A stretch of DNA of 63,768 nt, filler included, from Octopus bimaculoides (GCF_001194135.2; 6 parts of 6 records of this genome joined end to end with filler, not necessarily neighbours in it); one strand, 5' to 3'. Positions 35,460 through 48,425 are shown, counted from the whole stretch's first letter. Translations and numbers: made by a program. Notes: generated by a model not told the origin, from the letters alone.

Positions 35460-35947
35460 CTGATGAATTTATAGAACAAAGTTCCATAAATCCCATCAAT
35501 TTTATTAAAAATGGAGGAGACAAGTTGTTACAATTTATAAGAAGTTTAATTCTTGCAGACGATCATTTCGTACATATATATGATAATAATATAAATTTGT
35601 GATTGAATTAAATTAAATCAATTAAATATCATGTCGGATATTTAACCACAACTATGGTTAAATATCCAACATGACGCCCATCTCTTTCTCACACGGATAC
35701 CAATATGATCCAATTTTTCTGCTATAATTCTTTTTTGTATTATGGTTTCTTTCCTTCCTACACTGAAGAGTACTTTGATATTTAATTAATTTAATTTAAT
35801 TCAATCACGAATTTATGTTATCATTATATATATGTGCGAAACGACCGTCTGCAATAATTAAACTTCTTATACATTCTAACAACTTGTCTCCTCCATTTTT
35901 AGTAAAATTGATGGGATTTATGGAACTGCATTCCATAAATTCACCAT
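35460..35947. mobile_element. Inverted partial pseudo-LTR pair (Penelope-like), ~170-bp arms
   Basis: 35460-35631 is a diverged reverse complement of ~35776-35947. The right copy carries a hammerhead; the left copy is truncated inside loop II. Confidence 0.7.
35759..35853 (+). ncRNA. Hammerhead ribozyme motif with ~60-nt AT-rich loop II
   Basis: TACA CTGAAGA GTAC [60 nt] GTGC GAA ACGACCGT C / TGCA, followed by AATTAAA. One mismatch in stem I. The left arm supplies GTAC and ACGATCGT-type variants. Confidence 0.6.
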
Positions 35948-36087
35948 ACATTATATACAAGTACTACTTTCATATCTTTGCAAATTTATGCCTGCAAACT
36001 CCCAGCAAATTATGAAGAATCAACATTAGAAATCTATTTTTGGAAACCTCCAATTAAAGGACGAATCCACATTCAACCTTTATACAC

Positions 36088-36132
<45 letters not shown>

Positions 36133-36178
36133 NNNNNNNNNNNATATATATACATAAACACATATATACGTATATATA

Positions 36179-36209
<31 letters not shown>

Positions 36210-37204
36210 AATACATATATGAATATATACACGCACTCACAGACACACAAGTGCACACACACGTACACACATACACACACATACTCACATATACATAAAC
36301 ACGCATATGCATGTGACACATAGATATAGAAGTATGACTCGCTTACCGGAGGACATGCCGGAAGAGGTGGGGGTGTTCCACGGGGCATATATCCATAAAG
36401 GGTCGGGCTCTGAACATTCCGCACTGGACTTAAGGATTTCGACTGAAATGAGAAATGGATCTTATCAATTGCATGAAACACTGGAGCCAGATCAATGTTA
36501 CTTTAATGACATTAATTAAATACAGTTGCAGATGTAGACAGTTTTTTTGTCGTTCACTTCTGGACAAATCATGTCAGGCCTGTGATTTTTTTTTTTTGTG
36601 TGTATGCATATATATATAATTATATATATATATATATCCATGTATGTATGTTGGTGCATGAGTGTGGTTGTACATGTATATGTGCATACATAAGTATTTA
36701 CTTTGTAGTTGTGTGTGTGTATATATATATATATATTATGTACATATATTGGCATGTATATTCATGTATAGCTTTGATTGTGTATATGTTTGTATATTTT
36801 TGTAGATGTATGAGACATCAGTCACTTGACTTCACATTCGGCCCCACATTCTCTCTATCTTTATCATAGCCCGAAATCCCACTCTTGACAGCTGAACTCT
36901 TCTTTGGAATAACCTTCAGTGGCCCCTAATTAATTTATTACCACCAACACCTTAGCAAAATTTTATATTTTACCATCTTGACCAGACAAATGTCTGAAAT
37001 TATGAACGTGTAATGAATGGAACTCATAAAATGATATTGTCAATTAAATAAATATTGATCTACCACTTCCTCATTGACTCTTCTAACATTAACTTCTGCT
37101 TTCTGGATCAATTAATCACTTCCATCCAGGTCATCCAGATATCTTTGTATAAGTAAATTCTCGAACTGTATTTATTTGTTCAGTGTGATGGTGACATGTA
37201 AAAA

Positions 37205-38000
37205 GCACTCATATTGGTGACACGTGAAAAGGTACCCATGACAGTAACATGTAAAAGGCACCTATGCCAGTGACACATGAAAGACACCCAGTACACTCTG
37301 TAGAGTGATTGGTGCTAAAAAGGGCATCCACCTGTAGAAACCGAGTCAAAACTGAAAACTGGAGCCGGGTGCAAAAAATTTTTTTTCCCACAAGAGTTCC
37401 GGATCCCAGTTATGAACTCATTTGCCAATCAGAGCTCAACTATCAAACTAATTTATGAGCGCATAACAAGTGATGGGTGATAAGATAAGGTTATTTGGGT
37501 AAGGAATGACCATGCTTCTTTTCTCTATTGATAATGTTTGTTGTTTTTGTTCTTGTTACAATCATGGCTGCCTCTGCGTAGTTATTTGTGTTGTTGTTTA
37601 ATTTGTAAAGCAGTAAGGGGAGAGGGTTGCTTGCACCTCACCCTCTACACACATTTTCCCCATCCTCATCTTTACCATATGGGGCCCTAACAAAATCCAA
37701 TAATAGATATAGATGCAAATCTATCTAATTACTTGTCTCCTTCTAAAATTAGGCATAACTTGACGATCGGTCGACTTACAACACCATTCTTCATCTTGAG
37801 CTTACTTGTGTGTTTGTTAACTTGACACGGTCAAGGTGAGCTCTGATTGGCTGTATGCAAATGAGCTCATTACTGGGGTCCGAGACCCTCATAGCAGAAA
37901 AAATTTCGCAAGCCGGGTGCAGCTCTCTGGCATACCAGTTCCTGTCAAACTGCCTAACCCATGCCAGCATGGAAAATTAACATTAGATGATAATGAAGAT
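37205..38000 (+). mobile_element. RTE 3' end (plus strand) split by a MITE
   Basis: GGCACCTATGCC...AGGGCATCCACCTGTAGAAA...GGAGCCGGGTGCA resumes at 37911 with CAGTTCCTGTCAAACTGCCTAACCCATGCCAGCATGGAAAA and a GAT tail. Confidence 0.7.
37374..37910. mobile_element. MITE-like insertion with target-site duplication
   Basis: Direct repeat AGCCGGGTGCA at 37363-37373 and 37911-37921; subterminal inverted repeats 37401-37440 and 37835-37881. Confidence 0.75.
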
Positions 38001-38048
38001 CGTGATGTTATGACTAACTTACTGTGGCTCAATCATTATGTAATACAT

Positions 38049-38059
38049 CATCGTCGTCG

Positions 38060-38111
<52 letters not shown>

Positions 38112-38405
38112 TTAATGTCCATTTTCTATGCTGGCATGGGTTGGACAGTTTGACTGAAATCTGGTAAGCTGGGCAGCTGCACCAGATTTCAAGCTGATTT
38201 GGCATGGCTTCTACAGCTGGATGCCCTTTCTAATGCCAACCACTCCAAGACTGTACTGGTTGCTTTTTACGTGCAACCAGCACAGGAGCCAGTTATGAAG
38301 CACTGGTATTGGCCATGACTGTGGTCTCACTTGGCTTGACAGGTCTTTTCAAGCACAGTATATTGCCAAACGTCTCAGTCACTTGTCACTGCCTCAATGA
38401 GGCCC
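38049..38405 (-). mobile_element. RTE 3' end with expanded (GAT)n tail
   Basis: Same family as 2253-2690. Confidence 0.8.
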
Positions 38406-38654
38406 AAAGTTATACAAAGTATCGCATATTAATATAATTACCGTGACTATATCATTGCTCACTTCATGCATGTTATATGATTTATCATCCATACTTTATT
38501 AAAACAGTTGCAAACCATGAGATAAATGTAATGCCAACAACTCTATTCTTCACATGTTATTTTATTTTATATTTTGTGGGATGTAAAAAGCACCATCCGA
38601 ACATGGCCGATGCTAGTGTCGTTTTGACTGGTTCCCGTGCCGGTGGCATTCTTT

Positions 38655-38878
38655 TTTATTCTTTTTTACTTGTTTCAGTTATTTGACTGCGGCCATGCTG
38701 GAGCACCACCTTTAGTCGAGCAAATTGACTCCAGGACTTATTCTTTGTAAGCCTAGTACTTATTCTATCGGTCTCTTTTGCGAAACCGCTAAGTTACGGG
38801 GATGTAAACACACCAGCATCAGTTGTCAAGTGATGTTGGGGGGACAAACACAGACACACACTCATACACATACACAAT

Positions 38879-38933
<55 letters not shown>

Positions 38934-39086
38934 GACGGGCTTCTTTTATTTCCCGTCTACCAAATCCACTAACAAGGCTTTGGTCGGCCCAAAGCTATAG
39001 TAGAAGACACTTACTGAAGGTGCCACATAGTGGGACTAAACCCGGAACCATGTGGTTCGTAAGCAAACTATGTGCCACACAGCCGC
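38655..39086 (-). mobile_element. Full-length SINE type S1
   Basis: Collinear with 17761-18156. Confidence 0.9.
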
Positions 39087-39109
39087 ATCCAAACATGGTT
39101 GATGCCACA

Positions 39110-39310
39110 CCCTCCGGCCCTGTGCCAGTGGCACGTAAAAAGCACCCACTACACTCTCGGAGTGGTTAGTGTTAGGAAGGGCATCCAGCTGTAGAAACAC
39201 TGTCAGATCAGATTAGAACCTGGTGCAGCCTCCTGGCTTCCCAGACCCCAGTCAAACCGTCCAACCCATACCAGCATGGAAAACAGACGTTAAACGATGA
39301 TGATGATGAC
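39110..39310 (+). mobile_element. RTE 3' end fragment
   Basis: GTGGCACGTAAAAAGCACCCACTACACTCTCGGAGTGG...GACGTTAAACGATGATGATG. Confidence 0.8.
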
Positions 39311-39884
39311 TGAAGGCAACCATCTGTCTGGATTTTCAGCTTGTGTGAAACTAAATGAGTGTGCGGGTGCGCGTATGTGTTAGTATCTATGGGTGATGGT
39401 GCTGGTGACAATGGGGATGAGGGTGAGAGTGCTTGAGGTGATGGCGGTATGTTGTGATGATAATGATGGTAAAGCTGATAGTGCTGTGCTGGTGGGTGTG
39501 ATTGTAATGCTAAAGCATAGTGGTTGTGATACTAGCGTTGTCAGTGGTGGTGTTGGTGGTGGTGGTGTTGATCTTAGTGTTGATGTTGTTGTTGGTGGTG
39601 GTAGTTACTAAAGAGATGTTTAAACATATGAATAGGTCAACTGTATCAACAACAGCTAATACCCTAATGTATCCATAGATCAGCAGTTTTTTGGGGGTTT
39701 TTTCTCTACTGCCCTTCCTGGCCACCCAGTCTGTAGATGTGGTAGAGAGGCAGAGGTGTGAGGAGGAGAAGATAATTGTGGTTGTGCTAGTGATTGTTAT
39801 GGGGCAATGAATGACCATGGAGGTGGAGGCACCAGGATTCAGAGCTGTCAATAATCAGGTCACAGCAACCGTTTAATATGGCAC

Positions 39885-40055
39885 AGGAGTGGCATATGGT
39901 GCAGGCATGATTGTGTAGCAAGGCGCTTGCTTCCCACTAACATGATTCTGGGTTCATTCTCAATGTGTGGCATTTTGGGTGTCTTCAACTAAAGCCCTGG
40001 GCTGAGCAAAGCCTTGTAAATGGATCTGGTAGACTGAAACTGCAAGAAACCCGTC

Positions 40056-40058
<3 letters not shown>
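39885..40058 (+). mobile_element. SINE type S1, 5' half
   Basis: GGCATGATTGTGTAGCAAG...AAAGCCTTGTAAATGGATCTGGTAGACTGAAACTGCAAGAAACCCGTCG. Confidence 0.65.
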
Positions 40059-40090
<32 letters not shown>

Positions 40091-40093
<3 letters not shown>

Positions 40094-40270
40094 TCTTCAT
40101 TGTTTAATGTTTGTTTTCCATGCTGACATGGGTTGGACGGTTTGACTGAGGTCTGGGAAGCCAGCAGCTGCACCAAAATTCAATCTGATCTGGCAGTTTC
40201 TACAGCTGGATGCCCTTCCTAACACTAACCACTCCGAGTGTGTAGTGGGTGCTTTTTACATACCACTGGC
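40091..40270 (-). mobile_element. RTE 3' end fragment
   Basis: Same family as 2253-2690. Confidence 0.75.
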
Positions 40271-40299
40271 CACGCACCTCTATGAATGAGGAAAGAGGA

Positions 40300-40445
40300 A
40301 AACTGAGAAGATGGTGGTTAGACATCATCAAAGAATGGACTGGAAGACCTTTAGTTTAATGCACAACCATAAACGAAGACGGGAATCGGTGGACGGAGAT
40401 GAAGCACGTGTCCATGGTCCACCACGACCCACAGTGATGATGATG
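40300..40445 (+). mobile_element. 3' end of a second RTE-like family
   Basis: RWLDIIKEWTG-like RT tail followed by a short UTR ending in GATGATGATG. Confidence 0.5.
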
Positions 40446-40694
40446 GGAATAGACAAAGCAAGGCAAATGCATGTGTGTATACATGATATATGTATGTATA
40501 TTATAGGAGTGGGTGTGGCAATATAAGCAGTTTCTTTTGCCACTCCATGGTTCAAAGTTTAGTCTCACCGGGCTGCACATTGGGTCAGTGTTTTCTGCTA
40601 TAAACCTCAGGCAGTCCTTGTTTCTCTCACACACACACAAACAAAATTAAGTGCTGTGTGTCTGTGTGTCAACAGACGCATGATGATGATACAT

Positions 40695-40776
<82 letters not shown>

Positions 40777-41023
40777 GTTTGTGTGTGTCTAAAAGGAACT
40801 CCCACAGATGACAGGCCAACCCCAGAGAGCCCAACCCCAGCCATCCGTTTAAAAGCTGGCCTCTGACCCCAATTAAGTGCAACTGTATATGTGCAATGTT
40901 GTGTGGTGAGGTGAGTGTGACTGGCATATTGGAATATTCTGGAAGTATTCTATTCACAGAAACAACAAACTATATGAAACAACAGAACTCTATCAAAATA
41001 TACAGCTGTCACTCTTCTCACCA

Positions 41024-41024
41024 T

Positions 41025-41061
<37 letters not shown>

Positions 41062-41163
41062 GCTGCTGCTACTACTGCTGCTGCTGCTGCTGCTGCTCCT
41101 ACTGCTGCNNNNNNNNNNCTGCTGCTACTACTGCTGCTGCTGCTGCTGCTGCTCCTACTGCTG

Positions 41164-41203
<40 letters not shown>

Positions 41204-41240
41204 CACTACCACCGCTGCTACTACTACTATTACTACTAGA
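41024..41240 (+). repeat. Compound (CTA)n/(CTG)n microsatellite
   Basis: Direct reading; contains a small gap. Confidence 0.95.
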
Positions 41241-41335
41241 AAACAACCACCACCACTACCACCTTAACAACACTCATTACTATCAGTGTCACTGTTATCA
41301 TCACTACAAGATATCAAAAGACACATTCACATACA

Positions 41336-41375
<40 letters not shown>

Positions 41376-41850
41376 TATACATGAATGTATGTTATNNNNN
41401 NNNNNNNNNNNNNNNNNNNNNNNNNNNNNNNNNNNNNNNNNNNNNNNNNNNNNNNNNNNNNNNNNNNNNNNNNNNNNNNNNNNNNNNNNNNNNNNNNNNN
41501 NNNNNNNNNNNNNNNNNNNNNNNNNNNNNNNNNNNNNNNNNNNNNNNNNNNNNNNNNNNNNNNNNNNNNNNNNNNNNNNNNNNNNNNNNNNNNNNNNNNN
41601 NNNNNNNNNNNNNNNNNNNNNNNNNNNNNNNNNNNNNNNNNNNNNNNNNNNNNNNNNNNNNNNNNNNNNNNNNNNNNNNNNNNNNNNNNNNNNNNNNNNN
41701 NNNNNNNNNNNNNNNNNNNNNNNNNNNNNNNNNNNNNNNNNNNNNNNNNNNNNNNNNNNNNNNNNNNNNNNNNNNNNNNNNNNNNNNNNNNNNNNNNNNN
41801 NNNNNNNNNNNNNNNNNNNNNNNNNNNNNNNNNNNNNNNNNNNNNNNNNN

Positions 41851-41881
<31 letters not shown>

Positions 41882-42127
41882 TTTCTTTTATTTTTATCTA
41901 ATGCTTGTTTTCCAATGCCAGCATGGCCTACAAAGGAGCAAAATTCAAGGCAGGATTTTTACAGCCAGATTCACTTTCCACTTTTCTAGTAAGGGATTTT
42001 AATTCCAGAGCAATGTGAAAGCACAGACATTAGCAGATGATTTGTAGACATAAGTGTAAGAGTCCAATGTATTCTTTCCAACACAATGTCTTACCAATTG
42101 TTGAGTTCCTCTGTCATCTCCTTTAAT

Positions 42128-42158
<31 letters not shown>

Positions 42159-42807
42159 ATGATGGACAAACAGTTTATAGGTGTAAGGAATGCTTTTGTA
42201 TAAGATATTACCTACAACCTGGTGCCTATGTATTCTATGCTTGCCCTAGCATTTTCACTCATGAAAGTCAACAGCCATCCAATATTGTGTACACAAGCCG
42301 GGTACCACAATTTCTCATGGGCAATGGTAGTTCCAGCAGCAATAACTGACAAAGTAGTGACTCTGGTGCAGAAAATAGAGTGACTGCACAGAGGATTGGC
42401 ATGTTTACAATTGGGAGGCATAACACTTCAGTCAGCAGAGAACCATGTGAGTGAGAATATAGGCATGGTGTGCCACATTACTGGGAGTGAGTGACCCTTT
42501 GTCCTTGCTGGGCCCTGATGTAAAACCTGTGGTATGATGGCAGCCAAAGATGCTGATGAGTTCTTCTTTCTGGGGATATCTGCCATCATTGTCCAGAGAG
42601 TGGGATTAATTGTGTGAAAGACCTCTCATTTTGAAAAAAAATATGCATGCACACACATACACACAAATATGCACATGCACACACACATATACACATGTGC
42701 ATGCATGCACACACACACACTCACAAATATGCACATGTATACACATGAATACATATACACATACACACTCACACATACAGGCATACACACACACACACAC
42801 ACACAAT

Positions 42808-42965
42808 AAGCTTCTTTTGGTTTCCATCTACCAAATCCTCTCAGTGGTATTGGCCAGCCTGAGGATATGGCAGAAGATGACTACCCAAGTTGACATGCAG
42901 TAGAACTGAACTTGAAACCATGAGGTTGAGAAGCAAACTTCTTAACCAAACAGCCACACCTGTGC
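42808..42965 (-). mobile_element. Degenerate SINE S1 head
   Basis: TTTCCATCTACCAAATCC...ACTGAACTTGAAACCATG...CAGCCACACCTGTGCCT. Confidence 0.6.
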
Positions 42966-43838
42966 CTATACTAGCATAATTTCATTTAACCTAAACAGAG
43001 ATAAAAAGTAAAGACATTCTTTGAAGAATGTGAACTCGGAAATGAAAGATACAGCTAAATACTCAAACACTTAACCCAACCACTCAACATCCATTATATG
43101 TTTGTCTTGGAATCTACACTGTTATAGTTTTCTCTGTTCTTTTACCGAATCACTAAAAGTCAGACATTCTTAAATTGGTAAACCTACCAGAAGAGTCTGA
43201 ATTTGGACAATAAACCTAAAAGTTTCTTCGTGAAGCAATTGAACTGAATAAAATCAATTTGCTTTCCATTTTATTTGAAGGTTTCATGTTTAAATTATCG
43301 TATGTTGGTCAGTAACAATTCTTTAGAATTGACAAGCAAAAGAGTTGAGCAAGAATCTCCAGTCACAACAAAGAAACTGAGACACAAAGACTTTATAGTA
43401 TTCAGATCTCACAATATAGAAGTCTGTAAACCTTGGATATATTTCAAGATAGCTGCCGCTTCTCCAGATATCAATTTTTCTAATGCGACAAACAGCTTGC
43501 GGCTGTTTGGGTCAGTCCAGTTAGGCCGTGAGTGAATTAATTAGGTTCCATCCGATGAACAATGGACAACAGAGTGAATAGGTTTCAGGTCAGATACTTG
43601 AAAAGCATAATTAACTCATTGAACACAAAGAAAATATGAAATTGTATATGGAACAAAAAGAATTCAAAGAAAAGATTTGGAATCATTTCAAGTTTGGAGA
43701 CTGAATTTTGGAGGGAAGGAGGAAGTAAGTGGTGGGGAAGAAGCATTTGTTGATATTTGGACAGTGAAAAGTAAAATGTTGGTTAAGTAGTGTGTACATT
43801 TTGGGGTAATGCAATTATACATATATATACATATATAC

Positions 43839-43885
<47 letters not shown>

Positions 43886-44021
43886 AACACACATATATAT
43901 ATACACACACACATGTATATGTATGTATATGTATATTAATGTTTGTTCTTATGTTCATCTATAATAAAAAAACAACTTTACATTAATCTGATGAGTTACT
44001 CTATATTTTCGTAGACTACAA

Positions 44022-44166
44022 ATTTATTATTCTAATACAAGAATGTTGTTGACAGTAACTTTGAAGTTTCAGTCAGCTAAGCCACCATCAGACTGCCGAC
44101 AATGATTTTAGCTGGCTGAAACTTCAAAATCACAGTCGACAACATTCTAGTATAAGAATAATAGAT
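44022..44166. repeat. Inverted repeat (~59-bp arms) overlapping a degenerate hammerhead
   Basis: 44022-44080 versus 44108-44166, about 50 of 59 bases match. Confidence 0.85.
44051..44097 (-). ncRNA. Degenerate type I hammerhead (A9 to G)
   Basis: Minus reads GGCAGT CTGATGG TGGCTTAGCTGACT GAA ACTT-CA-AAGT T / ACTGTC. Stem I pairs over 6 bp; stem III is near-palindromic. Confidence 0.55.
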
Positions 44167-44825
44167 ATAGATATGTATTTTTCTCTCTCCATTTTTGAAT
44201 CTCTATTCTCTCTGTCGAAGGCACAAAATGTCAAAGACTTTTCCATTCTTCCCAAGTGTTAAACTAATACACTTGCTTGTTGTTCCCTCACCTGTCTTTG
44301 TCTTTTGTTTTCAGTAAATTTGAACTGCACACCTGTGCATGTGCGTGCACACACACACATATATCATCATTGTTTAACATCTGCTTTTCTATGATTGCAT
44401 GGGGCAGACGGAATTCACTCATAGGGCTCTCTATAAGTGGATGCCCTTCCTATCACCAGCCCTCACCTGTTTCCAAGCAAAGCAAAATTTCCTCACGGCC
44501 AGTCAGGTTCTTCATTTTAGACTAGAAACAAATGACATCACACGTATGATGGCACCCATAACCCATTATTTACAAGTTTAGTTCCATCACAATGCCTTTG
44601 GAAAATAATAATAATTGGGATCACTGCTGCTCTTCATTACCGTGGTGAATACTGTGCTCTCAAAAAGCAACCGGCACTAAATAGATTCATTCTTGGACAC
44701 AGTTTCAGGATTGAAGAATACTTGGAGACACCAGTATCAGTTGAAGAAATCAACACTAGATACAAATTTCACTGACCCTGCAGGGAATGAAAGGAAAAAT
44801 CTTTGAATTCAAAACATAAAGGACC

Positions 44826-45095
44826 ATCATCATCATTGTCGCCATCGTTTAACATTCACTTTCCATGCTGGCATGGGTTGGACAGCCTGACTGAGGGCTG
44901 GCAAGCCAGAAGGCTGCACCGATTCCAATCCGATCTGGCAAAGTTTCTACAGCTGGATGACTTTCCTAACGCCAACCACTCCAAGAGTGTAGTGGGTGCT
45001 TTTTTTATGTGCCACCAGCACAAAGGCCAGTCAGGCGGTACTAGCATCAACCACGCTTGAATGGTGCTTTTTATATGCCACCAGCACAGGAGCAG
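44826..45095 (-). mobile_element. RTE 3' end fragment
   Basis: Same family as 2253-2690; two 3' UTR sub-repeats. Confidence 0.8.
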
Positions 45096-45304
45096 TTCTA
45101 GATAATCCTTTCTAATTTGAGCACAAGGCCAGCAATTCTGAAGGAAGGGTCAAGTCAGTTACATGACCCCAGTACATGAAAGGCAAAGTTGTAGCTCAGT
45201 GGGATTTGAATTCAGAACATAATAAGTCAAAAGAAATGTTGCTAAGCTTTTTACCTGGATTCAACCAGCTTGCTCTCATACCAGAACTAAATGATGTAAA
45301 GTAT

Positions 45305-45428
45305 TTTATTTTATTCTTTTACTTGTTTCAGTCATTTTGACTGTGGCCATGCCAGAGCACTGCCTCTTAGTCAAAGAAATCAAACCATGTGGTTTGTAAG
45401 CAAGCTACTTACCACACAGCCACGCCTG
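45305..45428 (-). mobile_element. Internally deleted SINE S1 (tail fused to head)
   Basis: TTTTACTTGTTTCAGTCATTTTGACTGTGGCCATGC...TTTAGTC joined to ACCATGTGGTTTGTAAGCAAGCTACTTACCACACAGCC. Confidence 0.75.
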
Positions 45429-45966
45429 TGCATATGTAACATTCTTAATCTGGTACCTATTATTGATAGCGACGTAAACTGAAGCAAGATTGTTTTCTGT
45501 TCAGAAATGCAATGAAGTGCTATAAGCCAAAGTAGTTGCACAGCCTGCTAAAGATAGCAGCTAAATCCCACCTATATCATAGCCAGCTGTTTAAAACAAA
45601 ATGGATGGATGTATTGAATATGTAGCCACAAATGTACAAAAAGATGGGATGGTCAGTGCTGTAACACTTTTCATCAGAGATCAGATCAAACAACATTGAC
45701 CTGGGACTAAATAAGGACAGCAATAAAAAAAAAAAGAACCCTTAGCAGATTTGAAATTGTGATCTCAAGATCTGTTAGTTCAATAGATTATCTGACTTAA
45801 ACCACTATAACTCTACAACAAAGATGGAAGTTCCTCCTTGTAGACACATCACTTGTAACAACAATATATGTACTAAAAGTCAATTTATGTCAGCTTTGTT
45901 ACCATAGCAACAGGCTAGAAGAGTGAGAAGGCAGTGTCTTTAAATGAGACAGGAAATAAAATTTTT

Positions 45967-46017
<51 letters not shown>

Positions 46018-46300
46018 NNNNNNNNNNNNNNNNNNNNNNNNNNNNNNNNNNNNNNNNNNNNNNNNNNNNNNNNNNNNNNNNNNNNNNNNNNNNNNNNNNN
46101 NNNNNNNNNNNNNNNNNNNNNNNNTATGCATGTGACTGGTGAAGTGGTTCACTTACCAACCGGACGGTTTCAGATGCAATTCCAATGCATGGCACCAAGA
46201 GCAAGTGTCTCTCACACACACACACACACACACATATGTATGTATGCATGTATGTATGTATGTAAGTATGTATGTATATACATATACTTATGTATGTGTG

Positions 46301-46343
<43 letters not shown>

Positions 46344-46364
46344 ATGTGTGCATACATATATATA

Positions 46365-46815
46365 CAGGGTGCGGTGGATAAATTGTCGCCATTTTATATT
46401 TTTAATTTCATGCGCGTGCATTATTTGTGTTTGATTTTGTCAACTACACAGTATGGTAGGGTCAGTTGGGAACCGTTTGTGAGAAAAACAGCACCATGAT
46501 GCAATTCACTCTGCCAGAAATTTGGAAACAATATGATGTACAGCTTGGCATTTGAGCCGGAAGCTCCAATACAAACAATTCAGAGGATTAAGGTGTCAAT
46601 CTGAGGATAGTGCAATCTGAGGACACGTACCAAGAGTGATAAAAATCAAACATTCAGTCAATATCATGGTGTTTGGAGTGATCACTAGTGATGGGTAACA
46701 TTATGCTTCCATTCATCTTCCCACACAGCCTCAGACTCAACATGGTGGCCTACAGCAAGTGTCTGGAAGAGGTAATCTGGCAACAGGATTCAGCACCATG
46801 CCACACACTCGGATG
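46365..46815 (+). mobile_element. Deleted Tc1/mariner-superfamily (maT/DD37D-like) element
   Basis: TA|CAGGGTG start; transposase remnants VMVFGVITSDG, MLPFIFPHSLRLN..AY..CLEEV and WQQDSAPCHT. Confidence 0.75.
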
Positions 46816-46908
46816 TGCTTTTACCATTCCACTGGCACGAGTGCCAATCAGGTGGTACTGTCATCAGCTATCCATTTTCCATGCTGGCATTTGCTACACA
46901 AATGTGTG

Positions 46909-46949
<41 letters not shown>

Positions 46950-47971
46950 GCATACATATATATGCATGAATATGTATATACTTGTGTATATGTGTGTGTA
47001 TATATAACATTGTATATCCACTTTTTATATCTTTGTAAACTGTTTACATTTGTGTGAGTGTGCTGGTGCATGTGTTTATACATATATATATATATATATA
47101 CACACACACAGACACATATATACACACATATACACACATATACACACACATATACGCACACACATGCATACATATGTGTCCGTTCATGCTGGTACATGTT
47201 GTTGATACACACATGCACAAAAGCAGATGTAAACAGTTTGCAAAAATATAAAAAGAAAAGAACCATCAATTCTTGTTGTTTTATTGAAATATCACCCAAA
47301 ATGGAATGAAGATTTCTTCAAATCAACACAGAACTGTTCAAGGCTATAGTAAATAAGATGTGTTATTTTTAGTACTGAATCTATTTTGTTTCCAAACTCA
47401 TTAGTTCAACAACGAGGAGCAGATAGAAGCTAAATCATAGGATCATGGTTAACGAGCTAATTGGTTTGCTGTTTGATATGAGAATAAGAAGAAAGCTGTG
47501 AAGTTCTTTTGTTATACCGTCTTCATTATAGTCTCACTAACAGTGGAGCTGTACTTGGAAAATGAAGCCTGACTATAATGATTTGGTGAAATAACTGAGA
47601 TTTAGATAGAGAATCTTCACTATTTCTTCTGTGATTATCTAATGACAAAAAATTTTGATTTTAGAACAATCTTAACTAATTCTTCTGCAATAATTTGTTA
47701 GAAAAAAATGTCAGATACTGGTATATAATCTTGACTTTTTCATCAAATGTTTTACAGTAGAATGGGTGTTTGTGTGTGTGTGTGTGTTTTCTTTCTAACC
47801 AATTCTTTTTAAGATAATGAGATGAGAAGCAGCAGCAGAGTATCCCAGAGTGGTGACTTAATGAGGCTGTACATACATAGTAGGTTGAGAAAGCTTAGTG
47901 GGCTGGTGGTGACAACAGATTTCCAGAGGTATATTGTATGGGAGAGAAAAGATTGGGAAAAGAGTATAGTG

Positions 47972-48137
47972 CAGTGGTTCCCAGCCTGTGGTCAATGGAC
48001 CCCTGGTGGCAAAGGTAGTACTGGGAGGGTCCATGAACATGTTAAGCTGACAGACTTTTCAATATTGTGGGGTCCAAGGGAAAATTCATTTAAATAAAAG
48101 GAATCCCTGGTAGTGAAAAGGTTGGGATAGACTAAAC
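47972..48137. mobile_element. Short degenerate hAT-type MITE
   Basis: Starts CAGTGGTTCCCAGCCTG; GGGTCCATG motifs; degenerate AAAGGTTGGGA end; no TSD seen. Confidence 0.45.
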
Positions 48138-48425
48138 TAAGGGTGATAAGAGGAAGATACATAGGTGGTGCAAATTATTACTGTTGTTGCTGTTGTTGTT
48201 GTTGCTTAGTTCCAATTGGACACACCTGGGATTAAAAGTATTCAAATGATGTCAATTTTATTAAGAAAATAATCTATCCTTCTTGGAAATTGCGTGGTTT
48301 GATAGAGCTTTAATTGCTGTTTTTAACAGGTCAGGATCATGTAGTGGCTCCCAAACTGACTCACAGTGGGAGGAGTGAGTATAACTGGAATAAAATGGTA
48401 CTTCAAAGGAGCAAGTGTCACTGTA

